Shown: positions 44,113 to 54,474, counted from the stretch's first letter. The stretch: 64,000 bases of DNA from Candidatus Moraniibacteriota bacterium (GCA_027031495.1 JALVQA010000006.1:81535-145534); one strand, 5' to 3'. The notes: generated by a model not told the origin, from the sequence alone. Made by a program: numbers and translations.

Positions 44113-44651
44113 ACGTTGATACTCTTATACCTGCCAATCACCGCGCGCTGCGCAGCCGTGAGCTCCTTGGACCAGTCTATGCGTGCCGCACCGATGCTCT
44201 CACTCTTCACGCCGTATGACTTCCGCCTGCGGTACTCCTCCGATGCCATCTGGTATGCCAGTTGCTCCAGGTTGCTCGGCACGGTAGCATATCCGCCAGT
44301 GTATTTCACGCGCAGCCCCTGCGTGCCACCAGGAAAGCCGGAGACGTGTGTGATGATACCGGCGGCCGTGTCAATGTGGTAGTCGTCACGGTCCACAGCC
44401 GTCCACGCCGGTGAACTCTCAGAACCTGCATTGTACTCCAGTGCGGATACTGAGCTGATCGGGAAATTGTGCAGGCGAATCAGCTTGCTGCCGCCATCAA
44501 AGTACTCCGTATCGGTCGTTTGCTCTATACCACGATTGCATAGCGCCTCAATCTCGCTGCTCACATACGTCAAAAGGTCCGTCAGGAGCGTGTCCTGCGA
44601 TGTGTCTGTGATTCCGATGTAGCGCTTGAGCGCTGTTACTGATCCAATCAT
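44109..44651 (-). CDS. Head-tail connector protein
   Basis: LKRYIGITDTSQDTLL, VKYTGGYATVP, KSESIG. Confidence 0.8.
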   Translation of the reverse strand: MIGSVTALKRYIGITDTSQDTLLTDLLTYVSSEIEALCNRGIEQTTDTEYFDGGSKLIRLHNFPISSVSALEYNAGSESSPAWTAVDRDDYHIDTAAGIITHVSGFPGGTQGLRVKYTGGYATVPSNLEQLAYQMASEEYRRRKSYGVKSESIGAARIDWSKELTAAQRAVIGRYKSINV

Positions 44652-45100
44652 GATAGTGCGTCGTCAATATGTTTCTCAAAAATGCGTACAACATCGCGCC
44701 GGTGATGCTCAAACGCTTTGCGCATCCACGGCTGCGCGCGTGTCCCCTTGCGTTTGATGTGTCGCGCCAACACGAACGGCGTCATCCCGTGTTCGCGTGC
44801 CCACCGCGCAAAGTCACTGCTCTCATCCTTCCAGATGCGCGCCGGGACTGCGTGTGGTGCCGTGCCTTCGTGAACCGCGACGGCGTAGTTGAGGTTGTTG
44901 TACACCACGCCACGATAGCCGTGCACGCGCCACGATGTCGCCTTGCGCAGGTCACCACGCCACGCCGGTGTCTTGTCATGGGACCGGCGCCACAGCAGTA
45001 GGATACTCTTGCGCACCGCGCGCTTCACAGCGAGCGGCTCATTGTGGAGAACTTGTTTCAGGCGCTCTTTGAGGTCGCCTTCCAGTCGGAATGTAATCAT
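44648..45100 (-). CDS. HK97 gp10-like neck protein
   Basis: TPAWRGDLR, YAVAVHEGT, GTRAQPWM. Confidence 0.8.
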   Translation of the reverse strand: MITFRLEGDLKERLKQVLHNEPLAVKRAVRKSILLLWRRSHDKTPAWRGDLRKATSWRVHGYRGVVYNNLNYAVAVHEGTAPHAVPARIWKDESSDFARWAREHGMTPFVLARHIKRKGTRAQPWMRKAFEHHRRDVVRIFEKHIDDALS

Positions 45101-45148
45101 ATGGTATGCCGCTCATCCCTCCCCCGCATACGGGAGAGAGGGAGCATC

Positions 45149-45331
45149 CTACGCTTTCTTGGCGACACCTGCCTTGATATAGGCGTCCGCCTGCTTCTGT
45201 GGGAAGCCGGCAATGTCACCTGCGACATATGGTGCGGCGCCCTTGGTGAATTTCACCTTCACCACATCGCGCTTGACCTTCTTAGCGTCTGCCTGCTTCT
45301 TAGCATCTGCTTGTGTGTTACTTGCAGCCAT
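45149..45331 (-). CDS. Small capsid-associated hypothetical protein
   Basis: Directly after MCP; VKVKF...GD...ADAYIKAGVA. Confidence 0.6.
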   Translation of the reverse strand: MAASNTQADAKKQADAKKVKRDVVKVKFTKGAAPYVAGDIAGFPQKQADAYIKAGVAKKA

Positions 45332-45361
45332 AGTTTTTACTCTTAGCGAATTATGTCGTGA

Positions 45362-46447
45362 CTATTTGACGCCTGTGAGCTTGCGCCATGCGTCCTCCAG
45401 TGCCACATTGCCATCCACTGCTTGGTACACGAGAATCTCCGTCTGCATATTGGACAGAATCTCGTCGGTCTTCATCTCCAGGTTCTGACCATCCTTGATC
45501 CAGTAGTAGAATGGGTCGCCGATGTACATCTCCGTCTCATTGCTTCCGGTACCGAGGTTCTCAGGGATGTTGCCAGTCTCCAGCAGCTCCTTACCGAACA
45601 AACGGTCAAGCGGCTGTCCTGCCGGGAACAGCGGACGGCTGTTGCTGTCCTCCAGTGACACCGTCTTCTTCACCGCACCGGTAGAACCGATGAATACAGC
45701 GTTCTTGCGATACTGCACCGGCAACTCAAAGTACAGATCTACGAGATCAGAGTACGCGAGTGCTGCACCGCTCTGTGCGATAGAACTGATTGACGCGCTG
45801 CGCAGACCGGTTGGCTGAGCGCTGCCGGAACCGGCAATGAACGCCTCCTCCTCTTTCTGCGCCAGTGCGCGACCGGCGATTGCGGAGATGTAGTTCACGA
45901 TGCCAACAGCAGATGTGTCCATCAACTTCCACGGTGCCAAAACACGCGCAGCGAGGTAGTGATCGTCCAGCGTCAAGCTACCGGTCGTTGGTGCGGACTC
46001 TGTGACACTTGCGTTCTCAGCTACCCAGTATGCAGTGACAGACACCGACTCCTTCGGCAACTGGAACTTCCCGGAGAACGAGAAGCTGAATGCGCGTCCG
46101 CGCAATACGCTCTCCGCATCCTTCTTCTCCAGGATCTTATCAGCAAGCGTCGTCGGAACCGTGCTCCCAAACGAACCGCTACCAGTGTCAATCGCCTTCA
46201 CACCGTGCTGCTCGTGCTTGCTTGGCGGCAGAACGAGCGCCTTGATGAAGTTTGCGGCTTCCGCCACCTTCTCCTCATTGAGCGCCTCGTCATTCTTTGC
46301 CGCCATTGGCAACTTCTCTGTGTTGATGAAGCCCTTCTCATCCACAATGCCCATCTCACGCAACTCGTCAGCAGTCGCTGTTTTCACGAGCTCGCCGAGG
46401 GCAACCTTCTCACCATCCACCTCCACCAATAAGTCTTTCAACTTCAT
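45362..46447 (-). CDS. Major capsid protein (HK97 fold)
   Basis: AYWVAE, EEAFIAGSG..QPTG, YRKNAVF, LEDSNSRPLF. Confidence 0.93.
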   Translation of the reverse strand: MKLKDLLVEVDGEKVALGELVKTATADELREMGIVDEKGFINTEKLPMAAKNDEALNEEKVAEAANFIKALVLPPSKHEQHGVKAIDTGSGSFGSTVPTTLADKILEKKDAESVLRGRAFSFSFSGKFQLPKESVSVTAYWVAENASVTESAPTTGSLTLDDHYLAARVLAPWKLMDTSAVGIVNYISAIAGRALAQKEEEAFIAGSGSAQPTGLRSASISSIAQSGAALAYSDLVDLYFELPVQYRKNAVFIGSTGAVKKTVSLEDSNSRPLFPAGQPLDRLFGKELLETGNIPENLGTGSNETEMYIGDPFYYWIKDGQNLEMKTDEILSNMQTEILVYQAVDGNVALEDAWRKLTGVK

Positions 46448-46462
46448 AGTTTTATGCGTTAA

Positions 46463-47398
46463 CTATTTATCTTTCGCAACGTGCAGCGCAAAGTTCAGTG
46501 CTTTGGCCGCCGTTTTCATTGCTGCAACTTTTTGCGCCTCTTTCTCCGAGGACTTTTTGTCAGCGGCAGCGACTGACTGTTCCATATACCGGTGCGGCGC
46601 CTTGTGTGCGAGAATCGCATCACGCAGCTGCGCATTGCCGGCCTTCTGACTACTTCCGATGAGCTCTTGCAGCAGCGCAAGCGTCTCGGACAGAAGTGCG
46701 TCAAAATCATCTACTTCAGACGCGTCGTCAAAGTACGCGCTCCAGAATGCATCAAAAATCTCACTTGCCTCGCGGAATTTCTCCCACTTCTTCTCACGCT
46801 TGGTCCGCTCGTCAATAATCTCCTGCACATCACCCTTCGCTTCTGCCACCTTCTCTTTCTGTGTCTTCTTCTCCTGCGTGTCGCCATCATCTTTCTCGGC
46901 GCTCTTGATGCTCACCGGCTCCGTCTCCGGGTTCGCGCCCATCAGCACCGGTGACACCTCATACACATTGACCTTCTTCAGGACCGTCACACCGTCGTCG
47001 CGTACCTCCTTCTCCTCCACGGTGTACCCGAATGAGAACTCATCAATCGCGCCATCGCGCAGCAACGCGAATGTCTCACGCGCGCGCTGTACTTCCATTG
47101 TGAGCTTCATCTTGACCAGGAGGCCGTGATCGTCCTCTTTCGCTTCCACGACCTTCCCAATGATCTCCTTCCAGTCGTGCGAATACACGACCTTCGGCAA
47201 CTTGCGCTCCAGCGACTCCGCAAACGCGCCCTTCACGACGACATCACCGTATGAGTCCACCACATCAAAGACGCTCACATACGCCTCCACGATGCCCTCC
47301 GCATCACTGATGGACTTCACATCCATACTGCGCGACGCAATCGTGACTTTCACCTCTTTACCACCGACGGTGATAATTTTCGTGTGCTTCTTTTTCAT
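46463..47398 (-). CDS. HK97-type prohead protease with C-terminal extension
   Basis: DSYGDVVVKGAF, YSHD, FSFGY, YEVSPV..GANP. Confidence 0.92.
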   Translation of the reverse strand: MKKKHTKIITVGGKEVKVTIASRSMDVKSISDAEGIVEAYVSVFDVVDSYGDVVVKGAFAESLERKLPKVVYSHDWKEIIGKVVEAKEDDHGLLVKMKLTMEVQRARETFALLRDGAIDEFSFGYTVEEKEVRDDGVTVLKKVNVYEVSPVLMGANPETEPVSIKSAEKDDGDTQEKKTQKEKVAEAKGDVQEIIDERTKREKKWEKFREASEIFDAFWSAYFDDASEVDDFDALLSETLALLQELIGSSQKAGNAQLRDAILAHKAPHRYMEQSVAAADKKSSEKEAQKVAAMKTAAKALNFALHVAKDK

Positions 47399-47493
47399 AC
47401 TTTTGTCTAAACAATAAAAAAGACCCTGCACCGGGTCGCCGTGGCGAACCTGTACAGAGTCTCGTAGACTTTCACTTTGTTACTTTCAGTATA

Positions 47494-49638
47494 TCACACC
47501 TCTATTTCCGGCGCAACACTGCACTGGCAGTTGACGCTCTCGTAGATTGGCAGCGACGGGTCGCTTGGGTACATCGCGTGATGTCCACCGATGGTGAACG
47601 GCTCGTCTATCCCGACGATCTGCCCGTCCGCCTCCGCGTGTGACGCGCGTGTGTTCCGGAACACGGCCGTCCAGATGCGATGTGTCGCGCCAAGCGCTTT
47701 CATCTCTTGCCAGCGTGCAAAGTTCTGCGCGCGTCCGACCTCTGTGCGCGCGATGCGCTCGCTGCGGTAGTCTCGCGCCTCGTCAAACACACGCGCAACG
47801 CGTGCCGACAACTCATCCACCGCATCACCCTCATCAATCCCCTCCTGCAGCGCGAGCGTCAGCTCGTCGCGCGTGTGGATGTTGATCTCATTCGCGAAGC
47901 GCGGCGGGTTCTCCTCCAGGAATTGTTTGGCGGCGTCGGTCCCGAGAATGTCCACCGCCTCCTGCCTGAGAAGCCCGGCAATCGCCACGACACCGTGCTC
48001 AAAGTCTATGCCGTACTGCTCGGAGAGAATTTTCGCCAACGCGTCATTGTCACCCATCACCTCCTCTACTACGGCCGGGATAGTGGTGTCCTTGTGCGCC
48101 TTCGCGCTAAACACCTGTGCGACCTTCTCTATCACAGCACTCTGCTGCTGCGAGAAGTACGCGCGCAGTGCATCGGTGAACTGCTCCTCGCGTTTGTCCA
48201 CCGTTGCGAGATATGCCTTGCGCTCCTTCACGAGCGCCTCCGGCAGTGTTGGTTCATCCTTCGCGCTCTTCGTTGTCAGTCGCACAACTTTCTTCTCCTC
48301 CTGCTTCTTGCGCAGACGGTTCAACGCCCGACGCGCCTTGACGCGCTGTACAACATCGTGCAGTGCTTTGCGTGAATTGTGCGATCGTGCCAATATCGCA
48401 GACTTGATGCGCAGTTGCTTGCGGCTCAACCCGTCAGCAAGTTGCAGCGCCTTCGGCTGCTCACCGTCACCGACCTGCGTACCCTGCGAACGCACATAGA
48501 GAACGTCACCGCCGTCCAGCGGTGGTAGACTGTACCGTGCACGCGCCTCGTTTATCGTGAGCCACACATTGACGCCGAAGCGCGTCTCATCCAGCACCGT
48601 CTTGCGATCCTCCGTAACAGGTGACTCATAGTCTAGCCACGCAGTATCGTCAATTTGCGGCACGAGGAAAGCGTTCAACTGCGAAACGATCAGGCGCAGC
48701 ATCGGGTCCACCGTGTATTTCGCGAGCGTCTCTTCTGCAACCTTCGCGTTCGCATAGGTCGTGTCTTTGGCAAAGAACCCTTCCGGCACACCGAGAATGC
48801 TCAGGATTGCCTGCTTGCTGTTCTTGCGCGTCTCCATATATCCGGCTTCACTTGGTGACTTGCGCCCGGTCTTTCCGATTTTGACGCCACCCTCAAGAAT
48901 CGCCACTTTTCCGGCATTCGTTGGGCCGCCATAGCGCTCCTCCCATGAGTCTCGCAGGCGCTTGTATACAGCGTCAGAAAGCTCGTGTTCCGTCTCCAAC
49001 ACAACATCCGGCTCGCCGTGACGCTCCATGTAGTACTTGTTCCATATCGCGGCAGCAGCGTCCACATCCACTTCTAACGCGCTTGCGGAAAGCGAACTGT
49101 AACCGCGAATCACATCTCGCGGGTCCGGGTCGCGGATGTATACCACATCCTCCGTACTGAACCGCTCCACCTTCCCACCGGCGCGGAACTCATAGTGCGA
49201 CACGGTGCCGTCCGGCTTCTGCTTGATGCTCAACAGGTCCGGGCGCATTGGAAAGAGTCCGACAATGCGGCGACCTTTGCGAATCTTAAAAAGCGGCGCG
49301 GCGCCAAAAAGCTTCAGATATGTAACGACGAGCCCCAACATCTGCACCTTGTCCATAATCGGGTTCGGGCGCTCCAGCAGTGCGATGATTGCGTGGTCCT
49401 CCACGCGCTCCGGCGCGTCGCCTTTGAGCACATAGACATCCAGTGGTGTCGCTGACACGCGGTTAGCGATAATCTTAATGGCAAAATATACCCACCCGGC
49501 GAATGCGTTCAGCGGATCTGTTTCCGCGCTTTTTCGGCGCATAAAATATGAGCCGGTCACCGATGAGAGGAACGGGATGCCGCCGCCATATCCGATAAAT
49601 TTCAGTAGCGCGCCACGCAAGAGAGATTTGATTTTCAT
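47494..49638 (-). CDS. Portal protein fused to a Mu gpF/SPP1 gp7-like head morphogenesis domain
   Basis: NAGKVAILEGG, LTINEAR, then RSERIARTE...HAEADGQ...NCQC. Confidence 0.9.
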   Translation of the reverse strand: MKIKSLLRGALLKFIGYGGGIPFLSSVTGSYFMRRKSAETDPLNAFAGWVYFAIKIIANRVSATPLDVYVLKGDAPERVEDHAIIALLERPNPIMDKVQMLGLVVTYLKLFGAAPLFKIRKGRRIVGLFPMRPDLLSIKQKPDGTVSHYEFRAGGKVERFSTEDVVYIRDPDPRDVIRGYSSLSASALEVDVDAAAAIWNKYYMERHGEPDVVLETEHELSDAVYKRLRDSWEERYGGPTNAGKVAILEGGVKIGKTGRKSPSEAGYMETRKNSKQAILSILGVPEGFFAKDTTYANAKVAEETLAKYTVDPMLRLIVSQLNAFLVPQIDDTAWLDYESPVTEDRKTVLDETRFGVNVWLTINEARARYSLPPLDGGDVLYVRSQGTQVGDGEQPKALQLADGLSRKQLRIKSAILARSHNSRKALHDVVQRVKARRALNRLRKKQEEKKVVRLTTKSAKDEPTLPEALVKERKAYLATVDKREEQFTDALRAYFSQQQSAVIEKVAQVFSAKAHKDTTIPAVVEEVMGDNDALAKILSEQYGIDFEHGVVAIAGLLRQEAVDILGTDAAKQFLEENPPRFANEINIHTRDELTLALQEGIDEGDAVDELSARVARVFDEARDYRSERIARTEVGRAQNFARWQEMKALGATHRIWTAVFRNTRASHAEADGQIVGIDEPFTIGGHHAMYPSDPSLPIYESVNCQCSVAPEIEV

Positions 49639-49756
49639 AGTTTCGTGATAAATACAAAAAGAGCCCTGCGCGTCCCGACATGTCAGGACCAAGCAGAGCT
49701 CGTGAGCTCATGAGGTCTGGCGGCAAGCGCTAGTCACGACTCGCCGCCACATCTCC

Positions 49757-50083
49757 TTACCTCTTTTTGTCTACCTTCACTATACCACGCTCCACAGCGT
49801 GCGGCAATATCACACCGCCCGGTGTCTTTTTCTGCGTGTGCCGGATGCGCGGCTTCGTGCCGGAGCAGAACATAAACTCCAGCAGTGCATCGTCACCGTC
49901 AATGTCTACCTTGATGCACCCGCCCATCTCGTCAACAATCTCCTGCGCTTCCTGCAGTGACTGCATAGAGATGGTGCCGGTGTCGGCGTGCTTTGCGTGA
50001 AATTCCTGCGCGATCTGCTGGATGCGTTTCGCGGCTTCCTCGCGCTGCTTTTTGGTAGCGCGCAGTGCATTTTTTCGTGTCAT
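49757..50083 (-). CDS. Hypothetical protein
   Basis: ATGA overlap with the upstream ORF. Confidence 0.55.
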   Translation of the reverse strand: MTRKNALRATKKQREEAAKRIQQIAQEFHAKHADTGTISMQSLQEAQEIVDEMGGCIKVDIDGDDALLEFMFCSGTKPRIRHTQKKTPGGVILPHAVERGIVKVDKKR

Positions 50084-50295
50084 TGTTTTTTCGTTAGTGA
50101 ATGAATCATAAGGGGACGACCTTCGCTGTCGTAGACCTTGCGCGCATTCAGACCGATGCGCAATACAACAGCGTGCTCAATTGCGATGGAGACCGGTGAC
50201 CGGCAGTGCGGACAGCGTGTCTCCAGTGCCGTCGCTTCCGTTTCCTTGAATTTCGCGACCAATGCGTTGCATCGTGGACAGTTTGCAAGAATCAT
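50080..50295 (-). CDS. Zinc-ribbon protein (Mu Com-like)
   Basis: CPRCNALV...LETRCPHC spacing resembles Com. Confidence 0.6.
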   Translation of the reverse strand: MILANCPRCNALVAKFKETEATALETRCPHCRSPVSIAIEHAVVLRIGLNARKVYDSEGRPLMIHSLTKKQ

Positions 50296-50312
50296 AGTGT
50301 TTTTGCTATTTT

Positions 50313-51593
50313 TTACATCAATCTTATGCGTGGCTCAGCCGGCTGGACCCAACTCTTGCGCCCGGCGAGTGCATAGCGAATCGCATCCATTGCGTGGTTG
50401 TGCGCGTCCACCGGCGTGTTCGTTGGCTCTTTGTTACGGTCCAGCGCCCACTTGTACTCCTGCAGCTCATCCGCGATGTCGTCAGAGTCCTCTGTGTAGT
50501 ACACCTCGTGGTCGTGGATATAATCAATGCCGGTCCGGATGCTGTCATTCCCCTTCGGCGCAGCGCTAATGTCAAAGTTGTACTCCGCAATCTCCGCAAT
50601 GCTTTTCGGCTCCGATGCGTCTGCGAATATGAGACCATTCACACCGAGCTCCTCCATCCTCTTGGCGATGCGTGCGTTGGTGAGGCCCGTCTCGTAGAGC
50701 AGTTGCCGGACATAGATACGTTCGTTGTGACGCATCACTTCCACCAGCGCAGTCGGATCGTTAGAGAAGCCAAAGTCAAGTCCGTAGAACCGCTCATACT
50801 CCAGCGCCTCGTACTCAGCGACACTGATTGTCTGCCAGTCTGTGAACACGCGGCCGCGTGCACCCTCCGACACAAGCCCCTTGATCATAGAGTAGTAGTG
50901 GCTCGGGTTGCGCGTCTTGTAGCGCTCAAAGTTGTCAATAGTCTTGTCTGCGATGTTCTGGCGATTGCTCTCGTACGTTCCGTGGATGTAGATCGTGTCG
51001 CGCTTCTCGCTGTCCTTCAGGTCCGCCTTGTAGAAGCCATCAACACCGGACTTCGTAAGGTTGAACCAGCGTCTGATAATCCAGTGCTTGCGGTGCGGTG
51101 GGTTCAGAAGCAAGACGATCGTCACATCACCCTTCACTGTACGCAGCGAGTCGTCCAGTTGGATGAAGTCCTCCTCCGCGACCTCGTCCGCCTCTTCTAT
51201 GATCACACAATTGAAGTTCGCCAACGACTTGAGTTTGCTCTTTTGATCATTTGTACTGCGCCGGAAACCCTTCCCAACAATCGTGTTGCCACCGCACTGC
51301 ATCTTCATCTGATTTTCCGTCACGCTCACGCGCGCGGCAATCTCATCATCCAATTCATCGCGCCGGTCCACAGCTTCCTGCCAGATACTATGTCGGACAT
51401 CATTCAGCACAAACCGCATAATCGCGCAGCGGAAGTATGTTGCCGAGAGCAGATTGATGAGCGCATATTGACTGGCTGCGTGCGATCGCCCGGCGGACCG
51501 TCCGCCCATCATGATGATGTACCGCGGCCGCTTGCCGGATGCAGCATTCCCGACAAAGAGTGGTTTGTAGATTTTGTTCACATCAAACATCAC
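50313..51593 (-). CDS. Terminase large subunit (PBSX family)
   Basis: GGRSAGRS, IIEEADE, LLNPP, GLDFGFSNDP, HAMDAIRY. Confidence 0.95.
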   Translation of the reverse strand: MMFDVNKIYKPLFVGNAASGKRPRYIIMMGGRSAGRSHAASQYALINLLSATYFRCAIMRFVLNDVRHSIWQEAVDRRDELDDEIAARVSVTENQMKMQCGGNTIVGKGFRRSTNDQKSKLKSLANFNCVIIEEADEVAEEDFIQLDDSLRTVKGDVTIVLLLNPPHRKHWIIRRWFNLTKSGVDGFYKADLKDSEKRDTIYIHGTYESNRQNIADKTIDNFERYKTRNPSHYYSMIKGLVSEGARGRVFTDWQTISVAEYEALEYERFYGLDFGFSNDPTALVEVMRHNERIYVRQLLYETGLTNARIAKRMEELGVNGLIFADASEPKSIAEIAEYNFDISAAPKGNDSIRTGIDYIHDHEVYYTEDSDDIADELQEYKWALDRNKEPTNTPVDAHNHAMDAIRYALAGRKSWVQPAEPRIRLM

Positions 51594-52069
51594 GAGTAAT
51601 CCTTGAATGTTACCTGAATACCATTGTTGATATTGACCGATACACTAGGCGTATCACTCTTGCGTCCCTCCAGTCCGTGTAATTCTCCCAATGCTTTGTG
51701 ATATTGTCTGCGTACTCTGTAGTCATCATAGTAATCAACAACTTTCCCGTCCCAAACAACCGGAGACTTCGCAGAAAGACCATCTCTGAGCTTTTCCACA
51801 TACTTATCTATTCCAAGATCATAGATTGCGAGAATAGCCGAAATGTTAACTTTTGTTAACTGACGGGCTCCGAGAACACGAGCGCTGCGCTCTGTTACTT
51901 CCGGGTGAAGTTTCTTATATGCTTTTGTTGCGTTCATCCCATTTTTCATCCACTCAGCGATAAAAGCAGCAAGAGCAGCGTCCCCACCGCACTCCTCCAA
52001 GACAGCAATTTTATCCGCCTGACAACGAATGACTTTGCGTTTCTTTGTTGTTTTCTTGTTTTTTGCCAT
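51590..52069 (-). CDS. Terminase small subunit
   Basis: NATKAY...SARVLGARQL; directly upstream of terL. Confidence 0.8.
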   Translation of the reverse strand: MAKNKKTTKKRKVIRCQADKIAVLEECGGDAALAAFIAEWMKNGMNATKAYKKLHPEVTERSARVLGARQLTKVNISAILAIYDLGIDKYVEKLRDGLSAKSPVVWDGKVVDYYDDYRVRRQYHKALGELHGLEGRKSDTPSVSVNINNGIQVTFKDYS

Positions 52070-52259
52070 TGTTAGTCAGTGTATCCAATACTCTTATCCA
52101 CTGTTTTTCAGTGTTTGTAATTTCTCCTTTCCTTCTTATACCTCATCCGTGCCTGCTTGTTGAATAATTTGCGCGTCCACTTATGTCGCCCGCTCCGACC
52201 GCTCCGGCACCTACTGCAGCCACATCCGGTGTGTATTCTCTGTTGTATTTTGCTCAAGA

Positions 52260-52529
52260 TCATAGATTGTATTCTTTGCCTTTATAAAAAGCAATTTTTG
52301 TATGGTTCTCGCTTTCACAGAAAACGCCAAAAAACTTGCAAAAAATGTTTTGTTTCCAATTTTTGCAAATAAACACATCAACGATGTTTTCTTCACCTGT
52401 CTTAATGTCAAAGCGACTATCAACAATGCGTGATGTATCCCATAAGTCATCAACCACATGCACCCTATCAGCTCTTTTTCTTTTGTGCTCCAGCAGATTG
52501 CCGCATTTTGTGCAATATAGTTTTGTCAT
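52260..52529 (-). CDS. Hypothetical zinc-finger protein
   Basis: YCTKCG and further Cys/His residues. Confidence 0.55.
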   Translation of the reverse strand: MTKLYCTKCGNLLEHKRKRADRVHVVDDLWDTSRIVDSRFDIKTGEENIVDVFICKNWKQNIFCKFFGVFCESENHTKIAFYKGKEYNL

Positions 52530-52822
52530 ATTTTTTCAATTAAATTCTTATACAACTCCTTCAATACCTCTTCGCATTGGTCCTCCGGCGAACGTGTAAG
52601 ATCAAAGGTGAACAACTCTATTGGGATATCGCTGTAGTTGTCACATACATAGAATTCACCCAAGCCGTTCATCTCTATAATCTTTCCGCATTTCTCAGAA
52701 TCAAATTTTGACTGCATCATCAACAAAACTTCTGATAGAGACAGAGGTTTGTTATTTCTGTCCATCACCTCATTTCTCATTGTGCGGAGCTGTTTTGTTA
52801 ATTCTTTTACATCGTTATTCAT
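52526..52822 (-). CDS. Hypothetical protein
   Basis: Co-oriented ORF overlapping its neighbour. Confidence 0.5.
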   Translation of the reverse strand: MNNDVKELTKQLRTMRNEVMDRNNKPLSLSEVLLMMQSKFDSEKCGKIIEMNGLGEFYVCDNYSDIPIELFTFDLTRSPEDQCEEVLKELYKNLIEKI

Positions 52823-52930
52823 ATGTTTGCTTACTGAAAAATATCACAAATAATACTCCACAACATCAACAAAGATGATACAAGCCACAGAATGACGCCG
52901 ATTAAAAGTAATGTATATTTATCCATAGGT

Positions 52931-53350
52931 TTACTTCTCCATTAAATTTTCAACATCAACATACCGCACGCGTTTCTCATTTGTGCGACCTGATGTTCTG
53001 TACCCAAACACCAGTACGCGCACCTTGCCACTTTTCGTTGGCTTGCCGAGTACTACGCACGGCATCGTGTATTCGCGACAGTTTCCACCCTGACATTGAC
53101 GACAGCGCACGACATGTGTTGCATCTTCAGCTGTGGCATTCCTTAGATACGTAGTCTCTATCGGTGTTGTTTCCACAACAACGTGTCCGTCAGACAGTAT
53201 TTTCTTTTTTGCCTCCTCGTATGTGTCCCACGTGCCGATTGTGGATACACGACCCTCTATCTCCAATCCTGCTGATACATACCCGTGAGCCGAGAATGTG
53301 CCTCCGGCATTTTTGAATATTACGTAGTATAGCTTTTCCTTTTTGTTCAT
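52931..53350 (-). CDS. Hypothetical protein
   Basis: Co-oriented ORF with CRQC. Confidence 0.55.
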   Translation of the reverse strand: MNKKEKLYYVIFKNAGGTFSAHGYVSAGLEIEGRVSTIGTWDTYEEAKKKILSDGHVVVETTPIETTYLRNATAEDATHVVRCRQCQGGNCREYTMPCVVLGKPTKSGKVRVLVFGYRTSGRTNEKRVRYVDVENLMEK

Positions 53351-53356
53351 AGTTTT

Positions 53357-53734
53357 TCACTTTACGATTTTATAGATCACATCCTCATGCTCTCGCAACC
53401 ACGTCGCTTCCAGCAGCTTGCGCTTCAGTTTCCACACCGCTGTCTCATATCCCTTCACCTCCACGAGCTCCTTGCGGCCGTCGGCGTATGTCACGAGGAA
53501 GTCCAGGACATGCGTGCAAATTTTCTGCCCATTCACGACGAGAGGGATGCGGACCTGGCGCTGGACGTCTATGACACACCGTTTCGGATCCGAGGCCCGG
53601 CGGAGCATATCTAACTCCGCCGCAACCTCTGCCTCCCGGCGTGAGTCATATGTCACGCCGTTGTACACGGTCCGCCGTGCATTGTACTTGCTCCGGCGGC
53701 GACCACCTCTGCGACTTGTGACGATGATAGTCAT
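53357..53734 (-). CDS. DUF1064-family PD-(D/E)XK nuclease (putative resolvase)
   Basis: SKYNAR..YDSRREA, LDFLV, VEVKG, KLKRKL. Confidence 0.85.
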   Translation of the reverse strand: MTIIVTSRRGGRRRSKYNARRTVYNGVTYDSRREAEVAAELDMLRRASDPKRCVIDVQRQVRIPLVVNGQKICTHVLDFLVTYADGRKELVEVKGYETAVWKLKRKLLEATWLREHEDVIYKIVK

Positions 53735-53735
53735 A

Positions 53736-54464
53736 CTAGAATGGCACTTTACTTGATTTCGCTTTTTGTAGATTGTAGAGAAGGTCATAGTTATCCGCGT
53801 CCTGCTGTGAGATCCACATGATGTAGTCCTCTGGCACATCCTCCAGTCGCTCGCCTTTGTATTTTCCGAACGGCATCCGACGAATGACAGCCGGCTCCTG
53901 CGTAATTTTGATCATCTCATCAATCACCGGTGCGACCTCCTCGTGCTGTCCGCGCATCATATTCACGAGCGCGCCGAATACTTCACGCAATACGATCGTG
54001 TCGTAGAGCGCGTCGTGCGCAGCCGTGCCTTCCGGTACTTCTACATCGTAGAGTCCGAGCGCATAGCGCAAATACTGCAGTCCGTAACTTTGCCACTTCT
54101 CATTCTCATCAATCGCGCGCGCAACCTTCATCGTGCAGATCTGCTGCTTCGCAGGAATCACCACGCCGTGATTCGCGAGCACTGCCGCGTCAAACGCGAT
54201 ATTGTGCGCCGCAAACACCGCGCCTTCAGAGATGAGTGCACGCACCGTCTCTATGGATTGCGACGCGTCAAATGACTGCAACTTCTCCACCTTCATCGGC
54301 GTGATGTGATGCACCGCCATTGCCTCAACGGTAATTGGCGTGTCCGGTTTGAAGTACTCGTTCAGAATCACGTGTGTCTCTCCGACGACAGAGATTTGTA
54401 CGATCTCCGCGACTTTCGTATCGCTCGCGGTCGTCTCGGTGTCAAAAAATACTACTTTCTTCAT
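53736..54464 (-). CDS. DEDDh 3'-5' exonuclease (ExoX-like) with MPFGKYKG C-terminal domain
   Basis: FFDTETT, AHNIAFD, AHDALYD, MPFGKYKG. Confidence 0.9.
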   Translation of the reverse strand: MKKVVFFDTETTASDTKVAEIVQISVVGETHVILNEYFKPDTPITVEAMAVHHITPMKVEKLQSFDASQSIETVRALISEGAVFAAHNIAFDAAVLANHGVVIPAKQQICTMKVARAIDENEKWQSYGLQYLRYALGLYDVEVPEGTAAHDALYDTIVLREVFGALVNMMRGQHEEVAPVIDEMIKITQEPAVIRRMPFGKYKGERLEDVPEDYIMWISQQDADNYDLLYNLQKAKSSKVPF

Positions 54465-54474
54465 AGGTTTGGAT

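Noticed and set aside
50394-51599. Long + strand ORFs across the prophage (e.g. 401 aa opposite terL)
   Set aside because: Antisense shadows of GC-rich genes with no recognisable motifs
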